Counted from the first letter of the stretch, positions 1 through 6,723 are shown. The stretch is DNA of 36,901 nt from a virus (IMGVR_UViG_3300025782_000036:1-36901); one strand, 5' to 3'. Notes: a model not told the origin generated them from the sequence alone. Numbers and translations: made by a program.

Positions 1-127
1 TGATTAACAAGTAAAGAATAGTATTCAGCTTGTTGCTGGCGTAGCATGGTGGCTATTTCTTCTGAGTGCTCATAAATCCTGCCACTATCAAACAAAATCA
101 TTAAGTCAGCCATTTCATTTGCGTTCA
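1..127. repeat. Exact 127-bp direct repeat, copy 1 (copy 2 at 34348-34474); circularisation or assembly overlap
   Basis: tgattaacaa...gcgttca is identical at both places and diverges at base 128 (c vs t). Confidence 0.95.
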
Positions 128-128
128 C
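1..128 (-). CDS. 5' part (GTG start) of the MNANE-family protein; continues across the circle junction at 34347-33963
   Basis: GTG at 128-126 overlaps the TGA of ORF 125..313 (GTGA); reads (M)NANEMADLMILFDSG, the same as 33963..34475. Confidence 0.75.
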   Translation of the reverse strand, partial: MNANEMADLMILFDSGRIYEHSEEIATMLRQQQAEYYSLLVN

Positions 129-313
129 TTGTTCTTGCTCCAGCCGTTGCATTTGGCTAAAAACTCTATGGCCCTATCAAACTGCTCTTGCATATATTCA
201 AGTTCATTAGCTTGTTTTCTTAACATGGCTGCGGCATCTTGAACACAGACCAAATCCGTCATGTTGTCAGCTATTGCTCGGTCTAATTCTGTTGCTAAAT
301 CTCTAGCGTTCAT
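125..313 (-). CDS. Hypothetical protein, related to the N-terminus of the adjacent MNANE family
   Basis: MNARDLA...AAAMLRKQANELE resembles MNANEMA...IATMLRQQQAE; coupled start/stop overlaps. Confidence 0.75.
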   Translation of the reverse strand: MNARDLATELDRAIADNMTDLVCVQDAAAMLRKQANELEYMQEQFDRAIEFLAKCNGWSKNK

Positions 314-477
314 AAATCCACCTTATAAGTAATCGTTACGGTAGGTTCTTGATTCTCAACATCTACATTAAAAGTTAGGCTGTTATCTTTTTCTTTTTTG
401 AAAATTTCATCCCAATTTTTATTGAATTTTTCTTTATCAACTGGGCGTGGTGTATCGCCCTTTCCACCATCTCTCAT
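310..477 (-). CDS. Small hypothetical protein (55 aa, MRDGGKGDTPRPVDKEKFNKNWDEIF...)
   Basis: Translated manually (below the ORF-track cutoff); ATGA overlaps with both neighbours. Confidence 0.7.
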   Translation of the reverse strand: MRDGGKGDTPRPVDKEKFNKNWDEIFKKEKDNSLTFNVDVENQEPTVTITYKVDL

Positions 478-626
478 TTTTTTGTTCTTTCTTGTTCAAT
501 GTATTGGCGCAAAATACTAATGATTCCTTCTTGAACCAATATTGCCAATCCTTCTTTGTCGAAATGCACCAATGCGTCTGCTGACCCATCGTCATTTTCT
601 TTGACTATTTCTACTTTAATGTCCAT
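474..626 (-). CDS. Small hypothetical protein (50 aa, MDIKVEIVKENDDGSADALV...)
   Basis: Translated manually; ATGA overlap with the downstream ORF. Confidence 0.7.
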   Translation of the reverse strand: MDIKVEIVKENDDGSADALVHFDKEGLAILVQEGIISILRQYIEQERTKK

Positions 627-737
627 ATTGTTCCCAATAAGTTAGCCAAGGTTTAGAGTTTAATTTGTAGCCAAAGACATAAAACAATGGCCCAGAAAAC
701 TCGACAATCTTTTTGCGTTTCGCATCCATACAAACTC

Positions 738-1025
738 CTATCTCAAGGTTTTATCGGCTACCAAATCAAACAAATCTTCTTGCGTATCATCAAAAGACCT
801 TAAAAAATCCTTTAAAGCCCTTTCATCTGTTTCTTTAAATATCTTGTTATAAAGGCTGCAAGTTGGATTGCGAGGCGTTTCTTTTTTATATTCACCATTG
901 ATGACATAAGTAGAAAAAACCCGACAAGCCATCTCATAGTCTCCACAACGCTGTTTATGAATACAGTTATCACAAGGCGCTACCTCATCTAATATGCGCC
1001 TCATATGGTTAATTTTGTATGTCAT
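738..1025 (-). CDS. Hypothetical Cys-rich, possibly Zn-binding protein
   Basis: PCDNCIHKQRC...C motif; abuts the upstream ORF. Confidence 0.7.
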   Translation of the reverse strand: MTYKINHMRRILDEVAPCDNCIHKQRCGDYEMACRVFSTYVINGEYKKETPRNPTCSLYNKIFKETDERALKDFLRSFDDTQEDLFDLVADKTLR

Positions 1026-1199
1026 TTAAACTTGTTCGTAGAGTTCATCTTCAATCGTTTTCCACAAATCAAGCCTTTTAACCATTTCGCTAATATTGTG
1101 GTCGCCAATATATGCGTATTCTATTTCGTTGTTGTAACCGTATAAGTCGATTTCTGTGTTGCCAAAAATGACTGTATTAATGTAGTAACCGTCTTTCAT
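1026..1199 (-). CDS. Small acidic hypothetical protein (57 aa, MKDGYYINTVIFGNTEIDLYG...)
   Basis: Translated manually; AAGGGGAAA RBS at 1210-1202. Confidence 0.7.
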   Translation of the reverse strand: MKDGYYINTVIFGNTEIDLYGYNNEIEYAYIGDHNISEMVKRLDLWKTIEDELYEQV

Positions 1200-1213
1200 A
1201 ATTTCCCCTTATT

Positions 1214-1280
1214 AAAAAACAAGTCAAACTGCTTAGTCGTACACCTGCGGCTTGTTGAACTGAAGTATGCTTGACCTGTT
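1214..1280 (-). ncRNA. Candidate structured RNA hairpin with AAGCCGC in the apical region, followed by a U-tract
   Basis: Minus-strand stem AACAGGUCAAGC/GUUUGACUUGUU with two G-U pairs, plus inner stems; non-coding context. Confidence 0.45.
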
Positions 1281-1348
1281 GATAGTAATTTATTGTGGTT
1301 AGCAAGAAAAAGCCACTATGACAAACCCTTAGTTGCAAAAAAAAGACA

Positions 1349-1434
1349 GGGCTGTATTTGGCAGTTGATAACAATGGGTCAGAAAGCCGCAAAATTACCC
1401 AATTACTGCATCCTACATTGGCGGCTTAACGCCC
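1349..1434 (-). ncRNA. Candidate ~86-nt ncRNA: four-segment hairpin with a 7-bp bulge-loop pseudoknot
   Basis: Nested GGGC/GCCC, UGUA/UACA, GCAGU/ACUGC, UGGGU/ACCCA; bulge AAGCCGC is complementary to loop GCGGCUU; U8 tract follows. Confidence 0.6.
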
Positions 1435-1457
1435 CAGTAGGTATTTTATAGAAAAGG

Positions 1458-1488
1458 TGACCTACTCGCTTCTTTACGCTTTCGGTCA
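1458..1488 (-). ncRNA. Small hairpin with a bulged-G (loop E/sarcin-ricin-like) motif
   Basis: UGACC-GAAA-GC-GUAAAGAA-GC-GAGUA-GGUCA, with GAA opposite AGUA. Confidence 0.4.
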
Positions 1489-1498
1489 TAGATAAGGT

Positions 1499-1560
1499 GA
1501 GGCAGCAGAACACTCCGTGATGTGTGTGGTCTGGAAAGGGGAAATCCAGTCTGCCGCCTC
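1499..1560 (-). ncRNA. Candidate three-way-junction sRNA with an anti-Shine-Dalgarno loop UUUCCCCUU
   Basis: 11-bp closing stem GAGGCGGCAGA/UCUGCUGCCUC (its G-U pair favours the minus strand); hairpins CUGGA/UCCAG and ACAC/GUGU. Confidence 0.6.
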
Positions 1561-1564
1561 GTAG

Positions 1565-2314
1565 TCAGTTTAGCTTATTTCGCAATTTATAGATTTGAAC
1601 TAGATTGACAAACATTTGGAAGCCATCACGCAAATCTTGTTCATCATGTTCGAAAATTGCCACTTCATTGGTATCGCCATTGATATAGACATTAGCGCAT
1701 CGTGCTTCAGGGGCTAAAACCTCTCTATAAGCTGCCAGTTGAATGGTATGCTCTAGGTAGGGTGTTAAATCACCAGGGCTTTTCTGTGTCGTTTTAAAGT
1801 CAATCACGACCCCTTTAAAGGCATGGTTTGGTTTGGCATATAAATCGCACTTGCCCCCATAGCCTTCTTGCTGATTGACTAAACTTTGCTCGGCCACCCA
1901 AAGTTGTTCGCCAAAATGCTGTTTAATAATGCTTTCTACATTGCGTACATAAATAGGCAAATCAGGCAAATACTCTTGGTTATAGAATGATTCAATCCAG
2001 TCATGAATCATCGTACCTCTATCAGCAGCTTCTCTAGACTTGCGTTTAGACAAGTCTAAACAACGGTCAATGTAGTCCTTTTCATCTTCCCCATCTAAGC
2101 GTGGGTTTTCAATAACGGCTTTAATAGCCTCGGTCTGAAACCAAGTATTTAATCCATCTTTTGAAAGTTGTCCGAGTATCGTGCTGACCGAAGGCACGAG
2201 AGTTCCAGGACTAGCCTTGGCGTCACGCAAGGTGGTGTTTCTGGGTTTTCCATTTTTACCAATAGTTGTATAGCGAGGTTCACCAGTTTTGGCATCGTAC
2301 CAATGCTGAGACAT
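1565..2314 (-). CDS. PD-(D/E)XK exonuclease (RecB/Cas4-like phage recombination nuclease)
   Basis: RGTMIH, YGGKCDL, VIDFKT, QLAAY motifs; next to SSB and ERF. Confidence 0.85.
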   Translation of the reverse strand: MSQHWYDAKTGEPRYTTIGKNGKPRNTTLRDAKASPGTLVPSVSTILGQLSKDGLNTWFQTEAIKAVIENPRLDGEDEKDYIDRCLDLSKRKSREAADRGTMIHDWIESFYNQEYLPDLPIYVRNVESIIKQHFGEQLWVAEQSLVNQQEGYGGKCDLYAKPNHAFKGVVIDFKTTQKSPGDLTPYLEHTIQLAAYREVLAPEARCANVYINGDTNEVAIFEHDEQDLRDGFQMFVNLVQIYKLRNKLN

Positions 2315-2336
2315 AAATTTTCCCCTTTAGTTTTCA

Positions 2337-2495
2337 TTATTCAGCAGATGCTTCTGGTTGTTCAACAGGCTGGTTTAATCCAGCCACTTGTGGTGCAGCT
2401 TGAGCATGAATTTTAGCAATAAGTGACTTTGCAGATTGTTCAATATGCTTTAACAATGCTTCTACTTCTTGGATTTCTAGTGATAAGTTAATCAT
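2337..2495 (-). CDS. Small hypothetical protein (52 aa, MINLSLEIQEVEALLKHIE...)
   Basis: Translated manually; GAGGA RBS; loosely similar to 35084..35329. Confidence 0.65.
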   Translation of the reverse strand: MINLSLEIQEVEALLKHIEQSAKSLIAKIHAQAAPQVAGLNQPVEQPEASAE

Positions 2496-2502
2496 GTTTT
2501 CC

Positions 2503-2700
2503 TCAATCAAGTAAATTTAAAATAGCGTTACGGCTGGTAGCATCCAAACAGCAGTCAGCACATACTTGAATCACATCTTTGATTACAGCAGTTAAGTCTT
2601 GTGTTTCAAAGGCAATTAACTGTCGTTCTTCATCTACGCCAAAAGGCTGGGTTGAAATAATGGCTTTATCGCCAATAACATCTCTAATGTGATTTAGCAT
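2503..2700 (-). CDS. Hypothetical protein
   Basis: AAGGAG RBS; in operon. Confidence 0.7.
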   Translation of the reverse strand: MLNHIRDVIGDKAIISTQPFGVDEERQLIAFETQDLTAVIKDVIQVCADCCLDATSRNAILNLLD

Positions 2701-2710
2701 GGCTTTCTCC

Positions 2711-2971
2711 TTAGAATGGTGTTAAATCGTCATCAATCGTATGTTTAGGCAATTCATCTTCACCTTTGGCTTTAAAGCCTATAGGCTCTTTGACTTTGCC
2801 CACCGAAATACTGAAATACTTGCCTACTTTTGCAGACTCCTTAATCCATGCATTTAGGTAATGCTCTTTGCCTTGAAGCATGATTGACCCTGTGTAATCT
2901 GGGTGATTATCAGAGGTCTTGCGATTGTTTTTGAACAGCGATGCGCTGCCTTCCTTCATTTCGTAGGCCAT
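2711..2971 (-). CDS. Small single-stranded DNA-binding protein-like
   Basis: SLFKN...HPDYTG core with acidic tail ending DDDLTPF; follows ERF. Confidence 0.7.
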   Translation of the reverse strand: MAYEMKEGSASLFKNNRKTSDNHPDYTGSIMLQGKEHYLNAWIKESAKVGKYFSISVGKVKEPIGFKAKGEDELPKHTIDDDLTPF

Positions 2972-3405
2972 TATTCAATATCCTTTGCTTTTACGATTGG
3001 TTGTTTAACTTGTGGACTGCTTGCTGCATTACCATCATCATCGGCTTGAACCACGCCAACAACTGCTGCTAAAGCGTATCTACGCATATAGGTCAATGCC
3101 GAACCAGCGCCCTGCGCATCTGGTTTGGTTACTGGTAAAGACATCTCTTTACTAATCCATTCGCCAGAAGAATGACTGAGAACGGTAGTGAGTGACATTG
3201 TTCCGTCAAAATATTCGCCAGGAAACTGCATAACAGCCAAGCCATTCTCAGCAAGCAAGCTACGACAAGAATCCCAAACAGATTCCAAGTCAGCATAACG
3301 GCTCTTGAAAAATGGATTTGCAGAATCTTTGGTCGCATAAGTTAATTTCCCCTGAACGATTGACAATGCTTTGGCTAAGTTGGCGATAGATTCAGATTGA
3401 CGCAT
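2971..3405 (-). CDS. erf: ERF-family single-strand annealing protein
   Basis: NPFFKSRYADL, QGAGSALTYMRRYALAA, DDDGNAA; start at MRQSESI (3405). Confidence 0.92.
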   Translation of the reverse strand: MRQSESIANLAKALSIVQGKLTYATKDSANPFFKSRYADLESVWDSCRSLLAENGLAVMQFPGEYFDGTMSLTTVLSHSSGEWISKEMSLPVTKPDAQGAGSALTYMRRYALAAVVGVVQADDDGNAASSPQVKQPIVKAKDIE

Positions 3406-3601
3406 TTGAACCTCCAAAAATGTTGCCAAAGTCATTGAATACGCTTTGTAATAATACATTGCGTTTATTGTTAGGTTTGCCACAAGCTGCACGAATCACA
3501 TCAATGTCATCTTGGGTAAGGAATACGCCACTCTCCATATCTGTAAGAGCTTGTTCTAAGCGTTCTTCCATTTCGGTCATTACTTGGTACATTTCATCCA
3601 T
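3392..3601 (-). CDS. Hypothetical protein, first gene of the leftward operon
   Basis: AAGGGGAA RBS at 3614-3607, downstream of the leftward promoter. Confidence 0.75.
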   Translation of the reverse strand: MDEMYQVMTEMEERLEQALTDMESGVFLTQDDIDVIRAACGKPNNKRNVLLQSVFNDFGNIFGGSNASI

Positions 3602-3643
3602 TTAAGTTCCCCTTAAATACATAGCGAAATTGCTATAAATGCC

Positions 3644-3671
3644 ATTGTAAGCTAATTCAAGTGTCTGTCAA
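3644..3671 (-). promoter_or_regulatory. Leftward sigma70 promoter
   Basis: TTGACA (3671-3666), 16-bp spacer, TACAAT (3649-3644). Confidence 0.7.
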
Positions 3672-3678
3672 GAAGTAT

Positions 3679-3707
3679 TTGCAAATTAGCAACATACGCT
3701 GTAAGAT
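3679..3707 (+). promoter_or_regulatory. Rightward sigma70 promoter, probably giving a leaderless mRNA
   Basis: TTGCAA, 17-bp spacer, TAAGAT; ATG lies 7 nt after the -10 with no SD. Confidence 0.65.
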
Positions 3708-3714
3708 TGCACAG

Positions 3715-3975
3715 ATGAAATTAAAACTGACCGATTCTGCCATTATTGATTTACTTGGTGGGCCAACAAAAGTGGGCAAATTATGTGGGGTAACCCCTAA
3801 TGCTGTGTCCCAATGGCGAAAAAACAACATTCCTTATGCCCAGTTCGTATTTTTGGCGGCAACTCTTGAAAAAGAGTCGCATGGGCTAATTACAAGGCAA
3901 GACATATTCCCAACGAACTTTTGGCTTATATGGCCTGAGTTGCTTAAAAACAACGCTTTTATAGAAAGAGAATAG
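3715..3975 (+). CDS. Cro/YdaS-like HTH regulator
   Basis: IIDLLGGPTKVGKLCGVTPNAVSQWRKNNIP...IWPEL; divergent position. Confidence 0.85.
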   Translation: MKLKLTDSAIIDLLGGPTKVGKLCGVTPNAVSQWRKNNIPYAQFVFLAATLEKESHGLITRQDIFPTNFWLIWPELLKNNAFIERE

Positions 3976-3987
3976 TGTAGAATTAAA

Positions 3988-4290
3988 TCCCCTTAGATTG
4001 GCGGCTCTAACGACATCGTGGCGGTCTAAGGTAGTAGCGTTACCAGAAGGGTAAGAGGCTGAAATAGCGCAATACAGGTGGCGAAGATAGTGCCTGTGCC
4101 TCGCAAGACTGTCGGGTGAGCGATTCCGCAATGGGAGAACTTTGAAGGCAAACCTAGGTAGGCTAGGTGCGCTTAAACCGCTTGGGAGTAGCTTTAAAGC
4201 AACATAGGTATAAATACTTAGTGACTAACTAAAGACTATTGGGCAAACTACAAGTACTCAATAACGAGTAACCATTTAAGGGGAAATTAA
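3988..4290 (+). ncRNA. Candidate ~300-nt structured leader or ncRNA upstream of the rightward operon
   Basis: Stems CCUUAGAUUG/CGGUCUAAGG, UUACC/GGUAA, GAGGC/GCCUC enclosing ACAGGU/GCCUGU, ACCUAG/CUAGGU, UACUC/GAGUA; TAGAAT at 3978-3983. Confidence 0.55.
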
Positions 4291-4602
4291 ATGAAAGACT
4301 TTTTACTAGCTTGTTTGTTAGGTGGCATTTTGGGAGCAATGGTTGGATATGCAGTACCTTCACACGCTCAGACTTATCCATTAACTAGCCCACAAGGTTA
4401 CAACATGGGTACGGTGCAAATTCAAGGCAATACAGCCCAGTTCGTAAACCCACAAGGTTTTATTACACAAACTGCAACTTTGTATAATAATCAAGTGGTT
4501 ATCACAACTCCAAATGGCGTTACAACTACAGTAATTGGCAATACTGGATATACAACACCGCCAAGCCCATCAACACCAATGTCACCAAGGGTGATGCAGT
4601 AA
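4291..4602 (+). CDS. Putative exported protein (signal peptide, Thr/Gly-rich)
   Basis: Hydrophobic N-terminus ending SHA|Q; AAGGGGAAA RBS. Confidence 0.7.
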   Translation: MKDFLLACLLGGILGAMVGYAVPSHAQTYPLTSPQGYNMGTVQIQGNTAQFVNPQGFITQTATLYNNQVVITTPNGVTTTVIGNTGYTTPPSPSTPMSPRVMQ

Positions 4603-4976
4603 TGTTTGACGAGTTCTGGTCGTTATATCCTAAAAAAGTCGCAAAAGGCGCAGCAATGAAAGCCTGGCAAAAGTTAAACCAAGCCGAGAAAGATGAAGTA
4701 ATGGCACAGTTGCCAAACCATCTTAAATATTGGAAACTAAAAGGTACGGAAAAAGACTACATTCCTTATCCAGCCACTTGGTTAAACCAAATGCGGTATT
4801 TGGATGAGCTAGATTTTGAAGTAACCAAAAAGCCACCGAGTTTGCCTTGGTATTCGACTGATGAATTGACTCTTGCTAAGGCTAGAGAATTAGGAATAAC
4901 GCCTTATGCAGGAGAGTCTTTCGCCCAATTACGACAGCGAATTTCTACATCAATCAGCCGTCAGGCAGTTGTGTAA
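4602..4976 (+). CDS. Protein resembling the C-terminal domain of phage replication initiators
   Basis: FDEFWSLYPKKVAK..AMKAWQKL...YIPYPATWLNQMRYLDE. Confidence 0.7.
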   Translation: MFDEFWSLYPKKVAKGAAMKAWQKLNQAEKDEVMAQLPNHLKYWKLKGTEKDYIPYPATWLNQMRYLDELDFEVTKKPPSLPWYSTDELTLAKARELGITPYAGESFAQLRQRISTSISRQAVV

Positions 4977-5142
4977 GTGGCGAGCAGATTGGGGTCTCGC
5001 TAAGTTTAGATTATATTTATCAAAACATAAAGTATCTGAAATATTGTTACAAGATTTCTACATACAATGGCAATTAGGCAATAAAGGGGAATACGGATGT
5101 TGGAAAAAACAATCATCGCAGCAACAGGTCTTGGGTATTTGA
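4906..5142 (+). CDS. Hypothetical protein
   Basis: ORF track; start uncertain; overlaps neighbours. Confidence 0.55.
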   Translation: MQESLSPNYDSEFLHQSAVRQLCKWRADWGLAKFRLYLSKHKVSEILLQDFYIQWQLGNKGEYGCWKKQSSQQQVLGI

Positions 5143-5243
5143 TGGTAGGCATATTGCAATTACGCAAGGGTTCTATACCAAACGCTATGATTTGGTTGGG
5201 ATATTCTTTTGCACAAGTCGGTTTATGGATGGCACTTAAATGA
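5097..5243 (+). CDS. Small two-helix membrane protein (48 aa, MLEKTIIAATGLGYLMVGILQ...)
   Basis: Translated manually; AAAGGGGAA RBS; ATGA overlap with 5240. Confidence 0.65.
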   Translation: MLEKTIIAATGLGYLMVGILQLRKGSIPNAMIWLGYSFAQVGLWMALK

Positions 5244-5569
5244 AAGAATTTGACCCACACAATGCTTATGACACGATTGAGCGCATAAAAAAACAATACG
5301 CCCAGGCTGAAGGATTGGCTGCTGGTCTTGAAGCAAAGAAAAAAGCCATTATTGCCATTATGATGAAAAAGTCGGGTGAGCAATCACTTGGGGCGCAAGA
5401 ACGAGAGGCTTATGGTTCTGCTGAATATGCTGAATATTGTGAGCAAATTGGTGAAGCCACAGCAAATAAAACTCTATTAAAATTGGAAATCACCCAAGCA
5501 CAAATGGAGTTCGAGGCTTGGCGTTCAGAACAAGCGACTAACCGAAACCTAGAAAGAATAACAAGATGA
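5240..5569 (+). CDS. Hypothetical helical protein
   Basis: ORF track; coupled overlaps. Confidence 0.75.
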   Translation: MKEFDPHNAYDTIERIKKQYAQAEGLAAGLEAKKKAIIAIMMKKSGEQSLGAQEREAYGSAEYAEYCEQIGEATANKTLLKLEITQAQMEFEAWRSEQATNRNLERITR

Positions 5570-5745
5570 AACAAGATTACTCAGAAAACTACCTTCAAAT
5601 TGCTAAATTACTCAAGGCTTATCACAACGCTACGCTTGTTAAGAACTTTGAAAAAGCCACCAAGATTGCCCACGAATTAGCTGATGAAACTATCAAGCTA
5701 GAGTTCAACACCTATGACCAAATTAGGAACTCATGGCTAAACTAA
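5566..5745 (+). CDS. Small hypothetical protein (59 aa, MKQDYSENYLQIAKLLK...)
   Basis: Translated manually; ATGA overlap. Confidence 0.7.
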   Translation: MKQDYSENYLQIAKLLKAYHNATLVKNFEKATKIAHELADETIKLEFNTYDQIRNSWLN

Positions 5746-6125
5746 TGCGAAATATGTTTGCCACGCATACTGACTATGCAGATTTTAAAGGCATCATACC
5801 TAGCAATCCATTGTTTGTGCCAAGTAATGTAGATGGCATCTGTGAGCGTAATGGTCATTTCTTAATCATGGAATGGAAGCGCCCAGATGAGAAAGTAAGC
5901 AAAGGCCAAGAGATATTGCTCAAAGCATTAGCTGAAAACCCACGATTCATTGTGACAATCATCATCGGCAATACAGACGATGGAACACAGATTGATAAAT
6001 ATTTTACTGTTGGCATAGATGGAAAATGCGCTCTAGCTGGTGTAGGGTTTGAACAATTTAAGGCGTTTTATCGCCAATGGTACGAGTGGGCAGATGGCAA
6101 TATACCGAAACAAAAAGCTGCTTGA
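5733..6125 (+). CDS. Hypothetical protein, possible PD-(D/E)XK fold
   Basis: NVDGICERNGHFLIMEWKR...SKGQ. Confidence 0.6.
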   Translation: MAKLMRNMFATHTDYADFKGIIPSNPLFVPSNVDGICERNGHFLIMEWKRPDEKVSKGQEILLKALAENPRFIVTIIIGNTDDGTQIDKYFTVGIDGKCALAGVGFEQFKAFYRQWYEWADGNIPKQKAA

Positions 6126-6384
6126 AATTGTCAGGCAATTACCTTGCCAACATTGTGGAGTAGAAGATGGAACAGTTGTCGCAGCACATTCAAATCAGCT
6201 TCGAGATGGTAAAGGCAGAGGACTTAAAGCGCATGATTACCGAATATCGGCACTCTGCTACAAATGCCATGCGGAAATTGACCAAGGGGCGCTACTCAGC
6301 AAATCTAGCCGTATTGAAAGATGGGAAGAAGCACACCGCAAAACTATTGGCGAACTATTTGAAAGAGGTTGGTTAAAGCTCTAG
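6094..6384 (+). CDS. YbcO/DUF1364-like Zn-finger (His-Me) nuclease
   Basis: PCQHCG...VVAAHSN...GKGRGLKAHD...ALCYKCHAEID. Confidence 0.75.
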   Translation: MAIYRNKKLLEIVRQLPCQHCGVEDGTVVAAHSNQLRDGKGRGLKAHDYRISALCYKCHAEIDQGALLSKSSRIERWEEAHRKTIGELFERGWLKL

Positions 6385-6723
6385 TGGGTCGAAACCTAGC
6401 TCTGATATTTTAGCTGCTCTGCGCCTAAATGTAGCATCATGTTTAGTCCAAGCATCGGTAATTGTTCCGCTACGACTCATGTGTATGCACTCATGTAACA
6501 ATGTAGAAATAACCGTTGTCAGCCAGCCACATCGAGCATCAGAGATAGTTATGATGTGTTCATAATCTCCGCCATCATCGTAAAGATATGTTCCCATAGT
6601 TTCAGGGTCAGAATCCACAATAAATTTAATTTCTTCAGGCAACGGCAAATTCCACTTATTAAGCGGTTCACATAGCATCAATGCGCTGTATAAATTTTTT
6701 AATATGGATGGCGTTAGTTTCAT
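6373..6723 (-). CDS. SprT-like zinc metalloprotease
   Basis: TLLHECIH and downstream HDATFRR. Confidence 0.75.
   Translation of the reverse strand: MKLTPSILKNLYSALMLCEPLNKWNLPLPEEIKFIVDSDPETMGTYLYDDGGDYEHIITISDARCGWLTTVISTLLHECIHMSRSGTITDAWTKHDATFRRRAAKISELGFDPLEL

Noticed and set aside
1-127. 127-bp repeat as a biological terminal repeat or att site
   Set aside because: Copy 2 is internal, the length equals a common assembler k-mer, it lies within a coding region, and no integrase is present.
1177-1392. 71-aa ORF from the track
   Set aside because: No RBS, overlaps gene 1026..1199, and runs through strongly structured, U-tract-rich sequence better explained as RNA.
1214-1560. tRNA or known self-cleaving ribozyme
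   Set aside because: No cloverleaf with a TTCRA loop, and no hammerhead, twister or pistol core recognised by eye; an Rfam search is still needed.
1565-2314. Cas4-like nuclease as a sign of CRISPR
   Set aside because: No array or other cas genes; the SSB/ERF context indicates a recombination exonuclease.
3886-4131. Minus-strand 81-aa ORF
   Set aside because: Antisense to the Cro-like gene and the structured leader; no RBS or recognisable motif.
4030-4270. Group I intron core (GAAGATAGT and AAGACTGT words)
   Set aside because: The words are in the wrong order for P7 and no interrupted gene flanks the region.
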